Assembly: GCA_965248445.1 (NCBI GenBank)
Contig: CBDFJG010000003.1
Coordinates: 288,001 to 352,000, forward strand
DNA length: 64,000 nt
Reading direction: 5' to 3'
DNA from: Planctomycetota bacterium
GTDB lineage: Bacteria > Planctomycetota > JAJSAM01 > JAJVHW01
The translations under genes were made by a program, and so were the position numbers. The notes beneath the pieces were generated by a model. That model saw only the letters and a program-made list of their open reading frames with translations. It made no database searches and was not told where the DNA came from. Numbering within the stretch: position 1 is the first letter of the stretch; each line of letters opens with the position of its first letter. Positions 29,763 through 39,013 of the stretch are shown piece by piece.

Positions 29763-29806
29763 GGCGGTGGTGCACGGATCGAAGTGCGCAGACCTTGCCC
29801 CGGCGG
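29763..29806 (-). mobile_element. Degenerate IS5 right end (inverted)
   Basis: GGCGGTGGTGCACGGATCGAAGTGCGCAGACCTTGCCCCGGC aligns to the reverse complement of 33436-33477. Confidence 0.7.
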
Positions 29807-30279
29807 TGAGTGTCCGGACCATGCGCTCGTCACGGGGTCCTGGCGAGTCCACTCGGGGAGGGTATGTCACCGCACCGACCGCTCTGCGGACGAGACTCGA
29901 TCCTGGGACGCTCGGCCGCGTGGAGCGAGGGCGATCGCCAACCATGAGGGTCGCGAACGCTTGACGCTCGCCTCGGTCGTCCGGCCGCCCGCGGGCCGAA
30001 GCGCCTCCAGTTCTCGACGGCCTCAGTGCCCCGGTTCGAGACCACACCGGAGGGCGTCACTGGAACGACAGGCGGTCGGCTCGCAGAGGCCGCAGCGCTT
30101 CCTCGGACCATGGCTGTCGGGGTGCGGCGTGACATGGACTGTCCTGCGCCGCCGGGCGCGTCCGTTTGAGCTACCCGGTCGGCGTATCCCAGCGCGCAGA
30201 CGGGTCTGCAGTGGCGAATGCTGTCCCTACCGCGTTGTAGGGTCTCTCTTGGCGTGGTGTCGCGACTAGGAGATTGAGC

Positions 30280-30456
30280 ATGGACAAGGCGCTTCTGATA
30301 TGGGGCGTGGCCCTGCTGGTGACCGTGCACGTCGCGGAGAAGCAGCGTCACGGCTGCCGCGAATGCGGCGTCGCGCTGAAGTTCCTCCAGGCCATTCGCA
30401 CGAGCGTCTGCCCGCAGTGTGAGCGCGCGCTGAACTTCGTCAACTCGCTCTGGTAG
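30280..30456 (+). CDS. Small protein with a hydrophobic N-terminus and CxxC...CxxC zinc-ribbon
   Basis: AGGAG RBS; 58 aa; CREC and CPQC. Confidence 0.6.
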   Translation: MDKALLIWGVALLVTVHVAEKQRHGCRECGVALKFLQAIRTSVCPQCERALNFVNSLW

Positions 30457-30463
30457 GACCTTG

Positions 30464-31995
30464 GTACCCGTTCAGGGTATGACGATCCGCGGCCTCAGCG
30501 CGTGATCGGGAGCGCGACGAGAGCCGGCGGCGAGCGGTTGTGCGCGAGTGCCGCGCTGACGTCTGCGAGGTAATCGAAGACGCTCTCGCCACGCTGGCGG
30601 AGCGTGGCGGTGACGGTCAGGATGCGCTCGACGAAGCGGAGTCCGCGCTCGCTCTGACTTCCGTGCGTTGCGCGTCTCCACAGGACCGGCTTGCGCACCG
30701 CGCGCTCAGCGGCGTTGTTCGTCGGGGAGACGCCAGGGACGTCGGCGAAGGTCCACAGAGCCTCCGCTCGGTCGAGCAGATGCCGAGTCGTTCCGCGTAC
30801 TCGGCGGTGCTTGCTGTCTGCGCCGCGCACGAGCAGCGTCAGGAGTCGGTCCCATGTGAGACGCAGCTCACGCCGCATGCGGTCGCGGTCCCCGTGCTCG
30901 CCGAAGTGACGCTGAGCTCGCATGACAGCCTGGGCGAGACGCACGGCCTGCTTGCCGAAGCGCCGGCCGCCGCGCGAGCCCTCGGCCAGCGCTCGAAAGT
31001 CCCTCTCGAGATGCGCCCAGCAGATCTGGCGGCGCTCGGTGGGATGCTGGTCGTAAGCGCCCATACGGTCGGTCACGAGGACGCCCCTGAAGCGCTTGCC
31101 CACGAGTCGCCGCATGGCCTTGGCGCTCCTGCGCCGATCGATACGATGGACCGTGGCGTGCTCACAGACCGCGCTCCACAGCCAATGCAGCGTGCCACGA
31201 CGCGACCACGGTGTCTCGTCTACATAGGCGACGCTGCTCGTGCGTACGGCCCCGAGGGCCTCGATGTGCGCTGAGGAGATGGCTCCCGACACCCGCTCCT
31301 CGATCGCACTGACCGTGCCCGGTGACATCGAGACGCCGATGACGTCACGCAACAGACGACTGGTCTCGCGCCGCGACAGGCGGAAGACGCCGACCAGAGC
31401 CGCGGTGAGCGCACAGAGTCGCGGGCCGAAGGGACTCGCCGTCACACCGCTTGGCAGCGAGGCAGTGGACGTGGCGCCACAGTCCGTGCACCGTGCCCGG
31501 TGCAACCGGTGCTCGGTCACCTGGATCAGCCGTGGCGGGACCTCGAAGACCTGCTGGCGTGTCGGGGCGCGATCGATCGGGACGAGCACGTCGCTCCCAC
31601 ACGCGCTGCACTCGCGCGGGCGGTGGTCCTCTACGCCATCGACCTCGGACTCGTCCACGAGCTTGCGCGTCGCCCCTTTGTGGCCGGGCTGCGCACCCTG
31701 GCGCTTGTCCGACGGCGGCTTGCGCCGCCGCCGCTTCTTGGACCACGACGGATCCGAGGACGGTGGGCGCGAGGAGGTGCGGGAGTCCCGGCGAAGACGG
31801 CTCTCGAGATCGTCGATCCGTGCCGCCTGCCGCTCGATCACCTCCGCCTGCTCGGCAATCGTCTCGTCCCGAGCGTCCAGACGACGGGTCAGGCGCTCGA
31901 CCAGATCACGCAGCTCATCGGTGCCCACATCCGATTCATCGACCGAACGGAAAGCGATCTGGATCCGAGCTCAGAACCAAGGGCTGAACGGGTAC
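30464..31995 (-). mobile_element. IS66-family element, copy 2
   Basis: 12-bp IRs; 8-bp TSD GGACCTTG at 30456-30463 and 31996-32003. Confidence 0.94.
30495..31928 (-). CDS. IS66-family transposase
   Basis: Same 477-aa translation as 3445-4878. Confidence 0.93.
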   Translation of the reverse strand: MGTDELRDLVERLTRRLDARDETIAEQAEVIERQAARIDDLESRLRRDSRTSSRPPSSDPSWSKKRRRRKPPSDKRQGAQPGHKGATRKLVDESEVDGVEDHRPRECSACGSDVLVPIDRAPTRQQVFEVPPRLIQVTEHRLHRARCTDCGATSTASLPSGVTASPFGPRLCALTAALVGVFRLSRRETSRLLRDVIGVSMSPGTVSAIEERVSGAISSAHIEALGAVRTSSVAYVDETPWSRRGTLHWLWSAVCEHATVHRIDRRRSAKAMRRLVGKRFRGVLVTDRMGAYDQHPTERRQICWAHLERDFRALAEGSRGGRRFGKQAVRLAQAVMRAQRHFGEHGDRDRMRRELRLTWDRLLTLLVRGADSKHRRVRGTTRHLLDRAEALWTFADVPGVSPTNNAAERAVRKPVLWRRATHGSQSERGLRFVERILTVTATLRQRGESVFDYLADVSAALAHNRSPPALVALPITR

Positions 31996-32126
31996 GGACC
32001 TTGGGCCCCGACGACGGCGTGTGGGACGCACGAGGACCGCGTCTCGCGCGCCTTGGGTGGCCGCAGGTGACGCGCGAGCTCGCCACACCCCACACGTACT
32101 CGTAGAGCGCTGCCAGGAGCCTCACC

Positions 32127-32220
32127 GTGCCCAACCGCCCTGTTCACGACATCATCGGCGTTGGCACCGGCCTCACGGTCGGGGCGCTCGGGGCCGCGCG
32201 CCAGCGCCGCCGCCGCCAGG
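32127..32220 (+). pseudogene. Possible N-terminal fragment of a membrane-bound metal-dependent hydrolase
   Basis: AGGAG RBS + MPNRPVHDIIGVGTGLTVGALGA; the resemblance is limited to the N-terminus. Confidence 0.3.
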
Positions 32221-32390
32221 CACAAGGCAGCAATCTGCTGCCGGCCGAGCAACTCCTGCATGCCGTGCTGCAGATATGTCAGCGCGGCGACCAACCGTCG
32301 CACAAGCTCGATTGTGCGACACATCGACAGGCAGCGGCCTATCCGAGTTCCAGATCAAAGCTGAGCGCTAGGTGGTCGGAGGCCTCGTAA

Positions 32391-33477
32391 GGCGTTGGTG
32401 CATGAATGCTCTTCCTCCCAATGACGCCGGCAGGTGCGAGCCTCCGAACGAGGAGGCCACCCATGTCGCCATGTCGAGCAAGAGGTCCAGGGTACATCCC
32501 ACGTTCAAGACGAAGTACCGCGTGGGCAACTGGCCCGAGTACGACCGGGGGCTCGTTGACCGTGGCGATCTGACCGTCTGGATCTCGCACGAAGCCATCG
32601 ATGGGTGGCGCGCGACGCCGTCCGGAGCACGAGGCGGACAGCGGAGGTTCTCCGACACCGCCATCAAGACCGCTCTGACCCTGCGGCTTGTGCTCCATCT
32701 CCCGCTGCGTCAGACCGAGGGGTTCCTGCGATCGCTGTTCGTGCTCATGGATCTGGACCTCGACGCGCCGGACCACACGACGCTCTCGCGGCGCGCGCGG
32801 ACGCTCGATGTTCAGCTGCGGCGTCCAGCCAGCACCGGCCCGATCCACCTGGTCATCGACAGCAGCGGTCTCTCGATCGTCGGCGAGGGTGAGTGGGCTG
32901 CCGCCAAGCACGGCGCGCGCGGGAAGCGAGGCTGGCGCAAGCTGCATCTTGGTGTCGACGCCGCGGGCGTGATCGTCGCGCAGACGCTCACCGACGGGAA
33001 CGCCGACGACGCGACGACGGGCATCCAACTCATCGACGACGTCACGGACGACATCGCGCTGATCACTGCCGACACGGCCTACGACACGCTGGCGATCTAC
33101 GACGCCGCTGCCGGTCGCGGAGCGCAGGTCGTCGTGCCGCCCACGAGGAACGCGACGGTCTCACGGCGACGAGTGCCGCGCTGCGCGCCACGCGACCGAA
33201 CCGTCAAGCGCGTGAAGGAATTCGGTCGCCGGAGATGGAAGCGCGAGTCCGGTTACCACCGTCAGGCGCGCGTCGAGAACGCGTTCTTCCGCTACAAGCA
33301 GATCATTGGTCCGCGGCTGCGTGCTCGTGATCGAAGAGCGCAGGAGGTGGAGGCGTTGCTGGCGTGCAACCTCCTCAATCGGATGAGCGAGATTGCGCGA
33401 CCGGAGATTTCGATCGGCGTGTAGAAGACGCCGCGGCCGGGGAAAGATCGGCGAACTTCGATCCATGCACCAACGCC
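32391..33477 (+). mobile_element. IS5-family (IS903-group) element, 1,087 bp
   Basis: IR GGCGTTGGTGCATGAAT / ATCCATGCACCAACGCC; no flanking duplication. Confidence 0.88.
32471..33424 (+). CDS. IS5-family transposase
   Basis: YRVGNWPEYDRGL, LPLRQTEG, PDHTTLSRR, IDSSGL, WRKLHLG, ADTAYD and GYHRQARVE motifs. Confidence 0.92.
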   Translation: MSSKRSRVHPTFKTKYRVGNWPEYDRGLVDRGDLTVWISHEAIDGWRATPSGARGGQRRFSDTAIKTALTLRLVLHLPLRQTEGFLRSLFVLMDLDLDAPDHTTLSRRARTLDVQLRRPASTGPIHLVIDSSGLSIVGEGEWAAAKHGARGKRGWRKLHLGVDAAGVIVAQTLTDGNADDATTGIQLIDDVTDDIALITADTAYDTLAIYDAAAGRGAQVVVPPTRNATVSRRRVPRCAPRDRTVKRVKEFGRRRWKRESGYHRQARVENAFFRYKQIIGPRLRARDRRAQEVEALLACNLLNRMSEIARPEISIGV

Positions 33478-33643
33478 GCCCGAGCAGGACGGCGGCGCGT
33501 GATCCGCGCCGCTGGGGCCGACGCGCGAAGCTGCCCGAGGCCCAAGGCTGGGCGCCGAGTCAGATTGAGCCTGCGAGTGACCTGTGTTCGCGGCATGAAG
33601 CTCCGCAGCGAGCGTGATCGCTCTCCTCGCGCGTCGCTGCTAG

Positions 33644-35312
33644 CCGCATCTGTTCACGAGACGTCGCGATGACGGTGCTTTCGGAGTCCACAGGGTCAGA
33701 TCTTGGCCAGGCGAGGGCGGATGCTGTCGTCGTTGCCACAAGGGCAACGCGAGTGAGCGGCCGAAACGGCGCGGATTCTGCGGTGTGGGCAGACCGTAGG
33801 CCGGGCGGTGGTGTGGCGGACGGCGCGGCGGGACGTCAGGTCGGCTTCGGGGATGCCAGCAGTCGTTGCGCGCAGCGCTCGAAGACGTGCTGCCAGGGCC
33901 ACGACGAGGACATCGAGACCCAGATCCGGCGCGTCGTGATCCGCACGAGCGCGCCGATCTTGAGCAGCCGCAGGCGGATCGTGCCGGCTTGCGCACGCGC
34001 CATCTCGGTGCCGGCGAGACCGATGCGTCGCAGCGCACAGGTCAGGACGTAGGCCATGGCCGACATGGCCATCCGCACGGCGTTGCCCTGCATCGTGTGC
34101 ACCGACAGACGGGTGCCGAAGAGCTCGAGCTGCTGCTCCTTGATGCGATTCTCCGCCTCGCCCCGGGCGCAGTAGAGCTGCTCGTAGAGACGCTTGCTGC
34201 TCCAGCTACGAGGCGGCAGATTGGTCACCACGAAGCGGGGATTGCGCTTGCCGCCCGGCAGGTGCTCGGCCTTGGCGACCACGCGACGCCTCTGGCTCCA
34301 GCTCCCCAGCGTGGTCCAGGCAAAGTCGCGAAAGACCCGGGCTGCTCGGCCGGTCTGCACGGCACGGGCTGCGGCCTCATCGAGCGCGTCTTCGACGTGT
34401 CGCTCAAGGCGCTCATTGCGCGCCATGCCCAGCAGGTAGAAGTGGCCGGCGGCCTCGCACCAGGCCATCAGCTCCTCGCGGCAAAAGCCCGAGTCTGCGC
34501 GCACGAGCACCTTGGCCCGGGGCCAGCGGCGCCGCAGACGTAAGACCAGCGCACGGAGCTCGTCCACGACTCCGCGCGCGGGATCTCTGTCAGCGGTCTG
34601 GAGCCGAGCGAGCAAGAGGTGCTCGCCGCAGAAGACGTACAGCGGCAGGTAGCAGTAGTGCCCGTAGTAGCCGTGGAAGAAGCGGCCCTCCTGCCGGCCG
34701 TGCAGCCGCACGTCGGAGTGGTCCAGGTCCAGCACGAGCAGGCCCGGATCCTCCGGCCCCATGGCCTCGCAGAAGACGTCGCTGAGCACGCTGTCCACGC
34801 GCTCCTGGTCCATCTCGATCTTGGCGTAGCGCGTCTGTGCCGTGGCGCCGAGCTGCGTGGTCTCGAGCCGCGAGAGCGTCGGGTGCGTGGCCAGAGCACC
34901 CTCGCGCTTGCCGCACGCCGCGGCAAACAGCGGGTCCTTGCCGACATGGTCGTGGTCCACCAGATCCTCGTAGCCCGCGCACAGCCCGAAGACCCGCTGA
35001 CGCAGCATCTGGCCGACCGTGTGCTCGACCCGACGCGGGTCCCGGTGGTCCCCGAAGCAGCGCGCAAACCGCGAGAGCAGATCGATGCGACGATCGACCC
35101 GCTCGAGCAGCAGCACGCCCCCGTCGCTCGTCACGGTACCGGCGTCGAAGCGCGTCACCGCGGTGCGTCCACAGATGCCCGCGAAGAGGGTCCCCTGCGG
35201 GCTACAGTCTGTCGTCATCGGGCCGGCGCTCCTGTCGGTGCAAGTACTAGCGAGTACGAGCACTTAGACAGACGACGGCCCGCTCAGATTCCCGGCTGGT
35301 GAACGATTCGGG
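33644..35312 (-). mobile_element. IS1380-family element, copy 3 (inverted)
   Basis: Same ends and length; CTAG at 33640-33643 and 35313-35316. Confidence 0.92.
33836..35218 (-). CDS. IS1380-family transposase
   Basis: Same translation as copy 2. Confidence 0.93.
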   Translation of the reverse strand: MTTDCSPQGTLFAGICGRTAVTRFDAGTVTSDGGVLLLERVDRRIDLLSRFARCFGDHRDPRRVEHTVGQMLRQRVFGLCAGYEDLVDHDHVGKDPLFAAACGKREGALATHPTLSRLETTQLGATAQTRYAKIEMDQERVDSVLSDVFCEAMGPEDPGLLVLDLDHSDVRLHGRQEGRFFHGYYGHYCYLPLYVFCGEHLLLARLQTADRDPARGVVDELRALVLRLRRRWPRAKVLVRADSGFCREELMAWCEAAGHFYLLGMARNERLERHVEDALDEAAARAVQTGRAARVFRDFAWTTLGSWSQRRRVVAKAEHLPGGKRNPRFVVTNLPPRSWSSKRLYEQLYCARGEAENRIKEQQLELFGTRLSVHTMQGNAVRMAMSAMAYVLTCALRRIGLAGTEMARAQAGTIRLRLLKIGALVRITTRRIWVSMSSSWPWQHVFERCAQRLLASPKPT

Positions 35313-35375
35313 CTAGGGGCAACGCGGCTCGGAGCGCGGTGGGCCGACCTGACGATTCCGGAGCGGCCGATCTGG

Positions 35376-35594
35376 ATGCGACAGGCCGCGATCGTCACGG
35401 TGGCGTCGGTGGGGCTGGAAGTGTTGCTTCCGGGTCTCTTCGGCACGATCGCGGGCGCCGTCGCGATGTTCGTCCTGATGAAGCGCTTCTTCGACGCGGA
35501 CCTCATGGCGTACTTCATCGTGGTCCTGCTGATGAACGGGCTGGGCTTCGCGCTGGCGTACGTGATCGAAACGGTGTTGTCGGCGATCGCGTGA
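35376..35594 (+). CDS. Small multi-TM protein, probably 5'-disrupted by IS1380
   Basis: Strongly hydrophobic 72 aa; the frame stays open back to the IS boundary and rejoins ATG 33595 across the CTAG. Confidence 0.55.
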   Translation: MRQAAIVTVASVGLEVLLPGLFGTIAGAVAMFVLMKRFFDADLMAYFIVVLLMNGLGFALAYVIETVLSAIA

Positions 35595-35689
35595 CAGTGT
35601 CGCCGTGCTCGCAGCGACGGTGGTCTGGACGCGTAGGGCCGAGTGAGGGGACTTTGCTCTCGCGAACTGGCTTTTGCTTGAGGTGACGA

Positions 35690-35807
35690 ATGAGACCCCA
35701 GGACGTCCGCGGTCAATTCCACCACGAACCCTGGCTGAGCTGGCGCGGGGTCCGGGGTCCTGGTGTTTCTCGTCGTAGCGCTCCTGGCGTGGTGGCTCAG
35801 CTGGTGA
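35690..35807 (+). pseudogene. Tiny TM peptide gene with a 7-bp duplication
   Basis: GAGGTG RBS; removing one GGGGTCC (35747-35760) gives MRPQDVRGQFHHEPWLSWRGVLVFLVVALLAWWLSW*. Confidence 0.4.
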
Positions 35808-35841
35808 AGCTACTCGCGACCCTCGGCGGTGGCTCACGGCG

Positions 35842-36075
35842 GTGACCCCGCCACCCCGCCGCCCGCGCCGCTGGAGCCCTCGCGCGTTCGGTGTCGTCGT
35901 CCGCGTCGTGCTGGTCATCGGGTTGGTGGCGATGGTGGCGTGGCCGGAGTGTCACTATTCCTGGAAGGTCGGGATGATCCCGGACTCCGAAGTGACGCTC
36001 ACCCGGTGCGCCGGGTGGGTGGATGGCGCGATCCTCGCCCGCGACTCCTCCCTCGGCGTGATCGCTCCGCGCTAA
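35842..36075 (+). CDS. Small single-TM protein
   Basis: VVVRVVLVIGLVAMVAWPE hydrophobic segment. Confidence 0.45.
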   Translation: MTPPPRRPRRWSPRAFGVVVRVVLVIGLVAMVAWPECHYSWKVGMIPDSEVTLTRCAGWVDGAILARDSSLGVIAPR

Positions 36076-36126
36076 GAGCTACGCGGTAGCTCCGCCGCGG
36101 GAACGTTGGGCCGCTAGGCTGTCCCC

Positions 36127-36246
36127 ATGCCAGTGCCAGGAATACCAAGCCCACCGAACCTGGGCGCGATGAGCTGGGGCGGCTACGCGCTGTTGATCCT
36201 GCTCTCCGCGGTCGGCGTGGCGGCGGCGATACTCCTGCTGAAGTAG
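36127..36246 (+). CDS. 39-aa TM peptide
   Basis: MPVPGIPSPPNLGAMSWGGYALLILLSAVGVAAAILLLK*; below the ORF-track cutoff. Confidence 0.4.
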   Translation: MPVPGIPSPPNLGAMSWGGYALLILLSAVGVAAAILLLK

Positions 36247-36470
36247 GCGCCTCCCGTTACGGCACCCATCGATGGCGTGATTGTGCCGCACGGGGAGTGA
36301 GGGGCCGCTCCACCGGGTGCTGCGAACGCACTCGGACTCGCCGCGGGGCGTGGCTACCCTGTGCGCCGCCGCCAAGGGCCGAGATCGAGGGCGATAAGTA
36401 GCCAGGGAAGTAGCCGCGCACTCGCGGGTGTCCTCGGCAACTGCCGTAAGTCCTTGGCTGACAACACAGT

Positions 36471-36557
36471 GCCGGAGTGGCGGAATGGCAGACGCGTAGG
36501 ATTCAAAATCCTGTGCCCGTAAAGGGCGTGAGGGTTCGACTCCCTCCTCCGGCACCA
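36471..36557 (+). tRNA. tRNA-Leu(CAA)
   Basis: GCCGGAG/CTCCGGC acceptor stem, TAGGA-TTCAAAA-TCCTG anticodon arm, long variable arm, GGTTCGACTCC and CCA end. Confidence 0.95.
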
Positions 36558-36607
36558 AACTGCAGTGGCCCCTCTCTCGCGGAGCGATAAGAGGGGCCAC
36601 TGCAGTT
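36558..36607 (+). terminator. Long hairpin directly after the tRNA
   Basis: 18-bp perfect IR AACTGCAGTGGCCCCTCT/AGAGGGGCCACTGCAGTT; no poly-T tail. Confidence 0.55.
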
Positions 36608-36624
36608 GGCCAGTGTCCCTCCTC

Positions 36625-36708
36625 CGCGGTCTCCGACCGCTACGGAGGGCGTCGGTCACGCCGGTTGCTACGCATCCGGCGCGCCCTCGCTATTCACGCA
36701 ACGAGTGC
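36625..36708. repeat. Dispersed ~85-bp palindromic repeat (copy A)
   Basis: Shares CGCGGTCTCCGACCGCTACGGAGGGC, TTGCTACGCA and ATTCACGCAACGAGTGC with 46966-47050. Confidence 0.8.
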
Positions 36709-36889
36709 CGGCTCGCTGCACGATCGCCTGTCACGCGGATCGCGGCGCGATCCTCGCGCCATGCGGCGTCGGTCGTGCAACGAGCGCGCTGCGACTGTCG
36801 GGACGAACCCTTCCGCTGAGTGCACCGCCAACACAAGAGCGCGCGCGGGGTGCCGCGCGCGCTCTTGCATGTTCGGTGGTGGTGCGGGC

Positions 36890-37981
36890 AGGGGCTCCCC
36901 CCTTCGCTCAGGTTGAGCGTCCGATCGGGTGACTAACATCGCACTTACAAGGAGGTGCGATGACCGGTGCCATGATCCCCTTTGCGCGCGACGACTCGCT
37001 GCCGGGCACACTCGCCGAGTTTGTCGTGAGGTTCTCCGACGAAGATCGGTGTGCAGCCCTGCTGCGCCGGTGGAAGTACGGCGAGGGCGGCTTCCGCTGT
37101 CCAGCGTGCGGCGGCGAGGAGGCGTGGTTCCTGCCGTCACGCCGGCTCGACGAGTGTTGTGCCTGCCACAAGCAGGTTTCGCTCACCGCCGGCACCGTCA
37201 TGCACGGGTCTCGCAAGCCGCTACGGCTGTGGTTCCTGGCCATGTATCTGTTCGTGTCGAGCAAGCGAGGCATCTCCGCACTCGAGCTGCAGCGCGAGCT
37301 TGGACTGGCCAAGTACCAGACCGCTTGGACATGGCTGCACAAGTTGCGAAACGCCATCGCGATGCGATCCACCGCGCCGCTGCGCGGACACCTCGAGATC
37401 GACGAGACCTGGGAAGGCGGACTGCGACATGGCCGGCCGGGGCGTCCCAAGGTCGGCGACCGCAGCGCGCTGGTCATGGGAGCCGTCGAGATCTCACCGC
37501 GTCACGCCCTCATCGGTCGCATCCGTCTCGAATCCATCGCCGATGGTTCGGCTGACACGGTCAAGGCGTTCCTCGAGCAGCACGTCGCCGCACGCTCAGT
37601 GCTGTTCACCGACGACTGGCGTAGCTATCGAAAGCCGGCTGACGACTTGGAGCACGACCATCGACCGACCAACGTGTCGAAGTCCGACGACGAGGCACAC
37701 GTTGTGCTACCTGCGATCCACCGCGTCTTCTCGCTGCTCCATCGCGTGCTCTTGGGCACGTTCCAGGGCGGCGTGCGACGCAAGTACCTCCCCAGCTACC
37801 TGGCGGAGTTCGAGTTCCGGTTCAACCGACGCACATCGAAGCGACGTGGACTGCTGTTCCAACGACTACTCGCCTGCGCCGTGCGGCGATGCCCTCCCTT
37901 CCACTGGGAGATCGTTGGGCGAACCGATGCGCGCACGCCACTCGCCGCCGCAGCCTGACCTGAGTGAAGAGGGGATCCCCT
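36890..37981 (+). mobile_element. IS1595-family element, 1,092 bp
   Basis: ~24-bp imperfect IR AGGGGCTCCCCCCTTCGCTCAGGT / ACCTGAGTGAAGAGGGGATCCCCT; 8-bp TSD GTGCGGGC. Confidence 0.9.
36960..37958 (+). CDS. IS1595-family transposase
   Basis: CPACG...CCAC zinc ribbon, SLTAGTVMH, GISALELQR, EIDET, TDDW and YLAEFEFRFNRR motifs. Confidence 0.92.
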   Translation: MTGAMIPFARDDSLPGTLAEFVVRFSDEDRCAALLRRWKYGEGGFRCPACGGEEAWFLPSRRLDECCACHKQVSLTAGTVMHGSRKPLRLWFLAMYLFVSSKRGISALELQRELGLAKYQTAWTWLHKLRNAIAMRSTAPLRGHLEIDETWEGGLRHGRPGRPKVGDRSALVMGAVEISPRHALIGRIRLESIADGSADTVKAFLEQHVAARSVLFTDDWRSYRKPADDLEHDHRPTNVSKSDDEAHVVLPAIHRVFSLLHRVLLGTFQGGVRRKYLPSYLAEFEFRFNRRTSKRRGLLFQRLLACAVRRCPPFHWEIVGRTDARTPLAAAA

Positions 37982-38075
37982 GTGCGGGCTAGTCCGTTCC
38001 GACAGATGCGAATTCACGGCGCGTCCGGCTCCGGCCGGGCGCGCCGCTCTCGTCCGGTGCAGGCATAATCTCCGG

Positions 38076-38480
38076 GTGCGCTCTGCGCTGCTCCTGCTGA
38101 TCCTCGCGTTGGCCGCCGGTTGCGGTCCGGACGTCCCCGCCGGCGTGGACCCGGCCGCGCAGGACGCATGGGAGCAGTGGCAGCGCAACCCGAACCCGGG
38201 CGCCGTGATCCGTCTCCTCGACGCGAATCGCATGGCGGCCAAGGACCACGACAACCCGCACGACGCGGTGGGGGTGCGCTACCAGGTGCGCGGCACCGAG
38301 GCGCTAGCGGCGCGGGCGGAGGCCGCCGGGGACCTCACCGATGCGAACGCGATCGACGTGCGCGTCAGCGATCTGGAGGAGGGCGGGCTCCTCGAGAACT
38401 ACGACGATGTTCTGCCCGGCGCATCGGGGCGGCTGCTCGCGGCGCGGGCACGCATGCGCGTGCTGCTCGGCCGCGACTGA
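38076..38480 (+). CDS. Hypothetical lipoprotein
   Basis: MRSALLLLILALAAGC lipobox. Confidence 0.7.
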   Translation: MRSALLLLILALAAGCGPDVPAGVDPAAQDAWEQWQRNPNPGAVIRLLDANRMAAKDHDNPHDAVGVRYQVRGTEALAARAEAAGDLTDANAIDVRVSDLEEGGLLENYDDVLPGASGRLLAARARMRVLLGRD

Positions 38481-39013
38481 CGCGGAGAACGAGACAGACT
38501 GACCTCTGCCAAACGAGACAGACGGCGCGCGGATCTCTCCGCGCGCCGCCCTCTCCCCCTCGTCACCGCCCGTCCACATTCCCCGTGGCACGTTCCCCGA
38601 GCGGCTCTCCATGACCCTCGACTCCTCGAGGTCCCCTTTTCTCTACCGGAGAGGTCCCTTTACCACCGTCCGAGGACGGTTCGACTCGGGACCCCCGCGG
38701 CTGCAGCGCGCCTCCTCGATAGCGAGGCACTCGCTTGGGCTATGTGGCGCTGCTCGTTCCGTTCCTTCTCGTCCGGTCGTTCCCCCGTTCCGCTGGGCAA
38801 CCTCGATCTCCCCCTCGAAGCTCGAAGACCGTGATATCGGCAATTCGTGCCGACTTCAAGTCGAAACAGCGGAAGTTACTTTGCATTTATGAACTGATCA
38901 CAGCTTTCAGGGTCCGAATGTCACAGATCGAACGTTGCTTTGGATCTTCGATGAAAGTTCTTTTGATTGCGCTCCTTGCGAGCGGTGTGTGTGTCTGGGG
39001 TTAGCATCCCCGC

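Noticed and set aside
29763..33477. IS5 composite unit using the 29763 relic and the 33477 IR
   Set aside because: The ends face outward appropriately, but the flanks share no target duplication.
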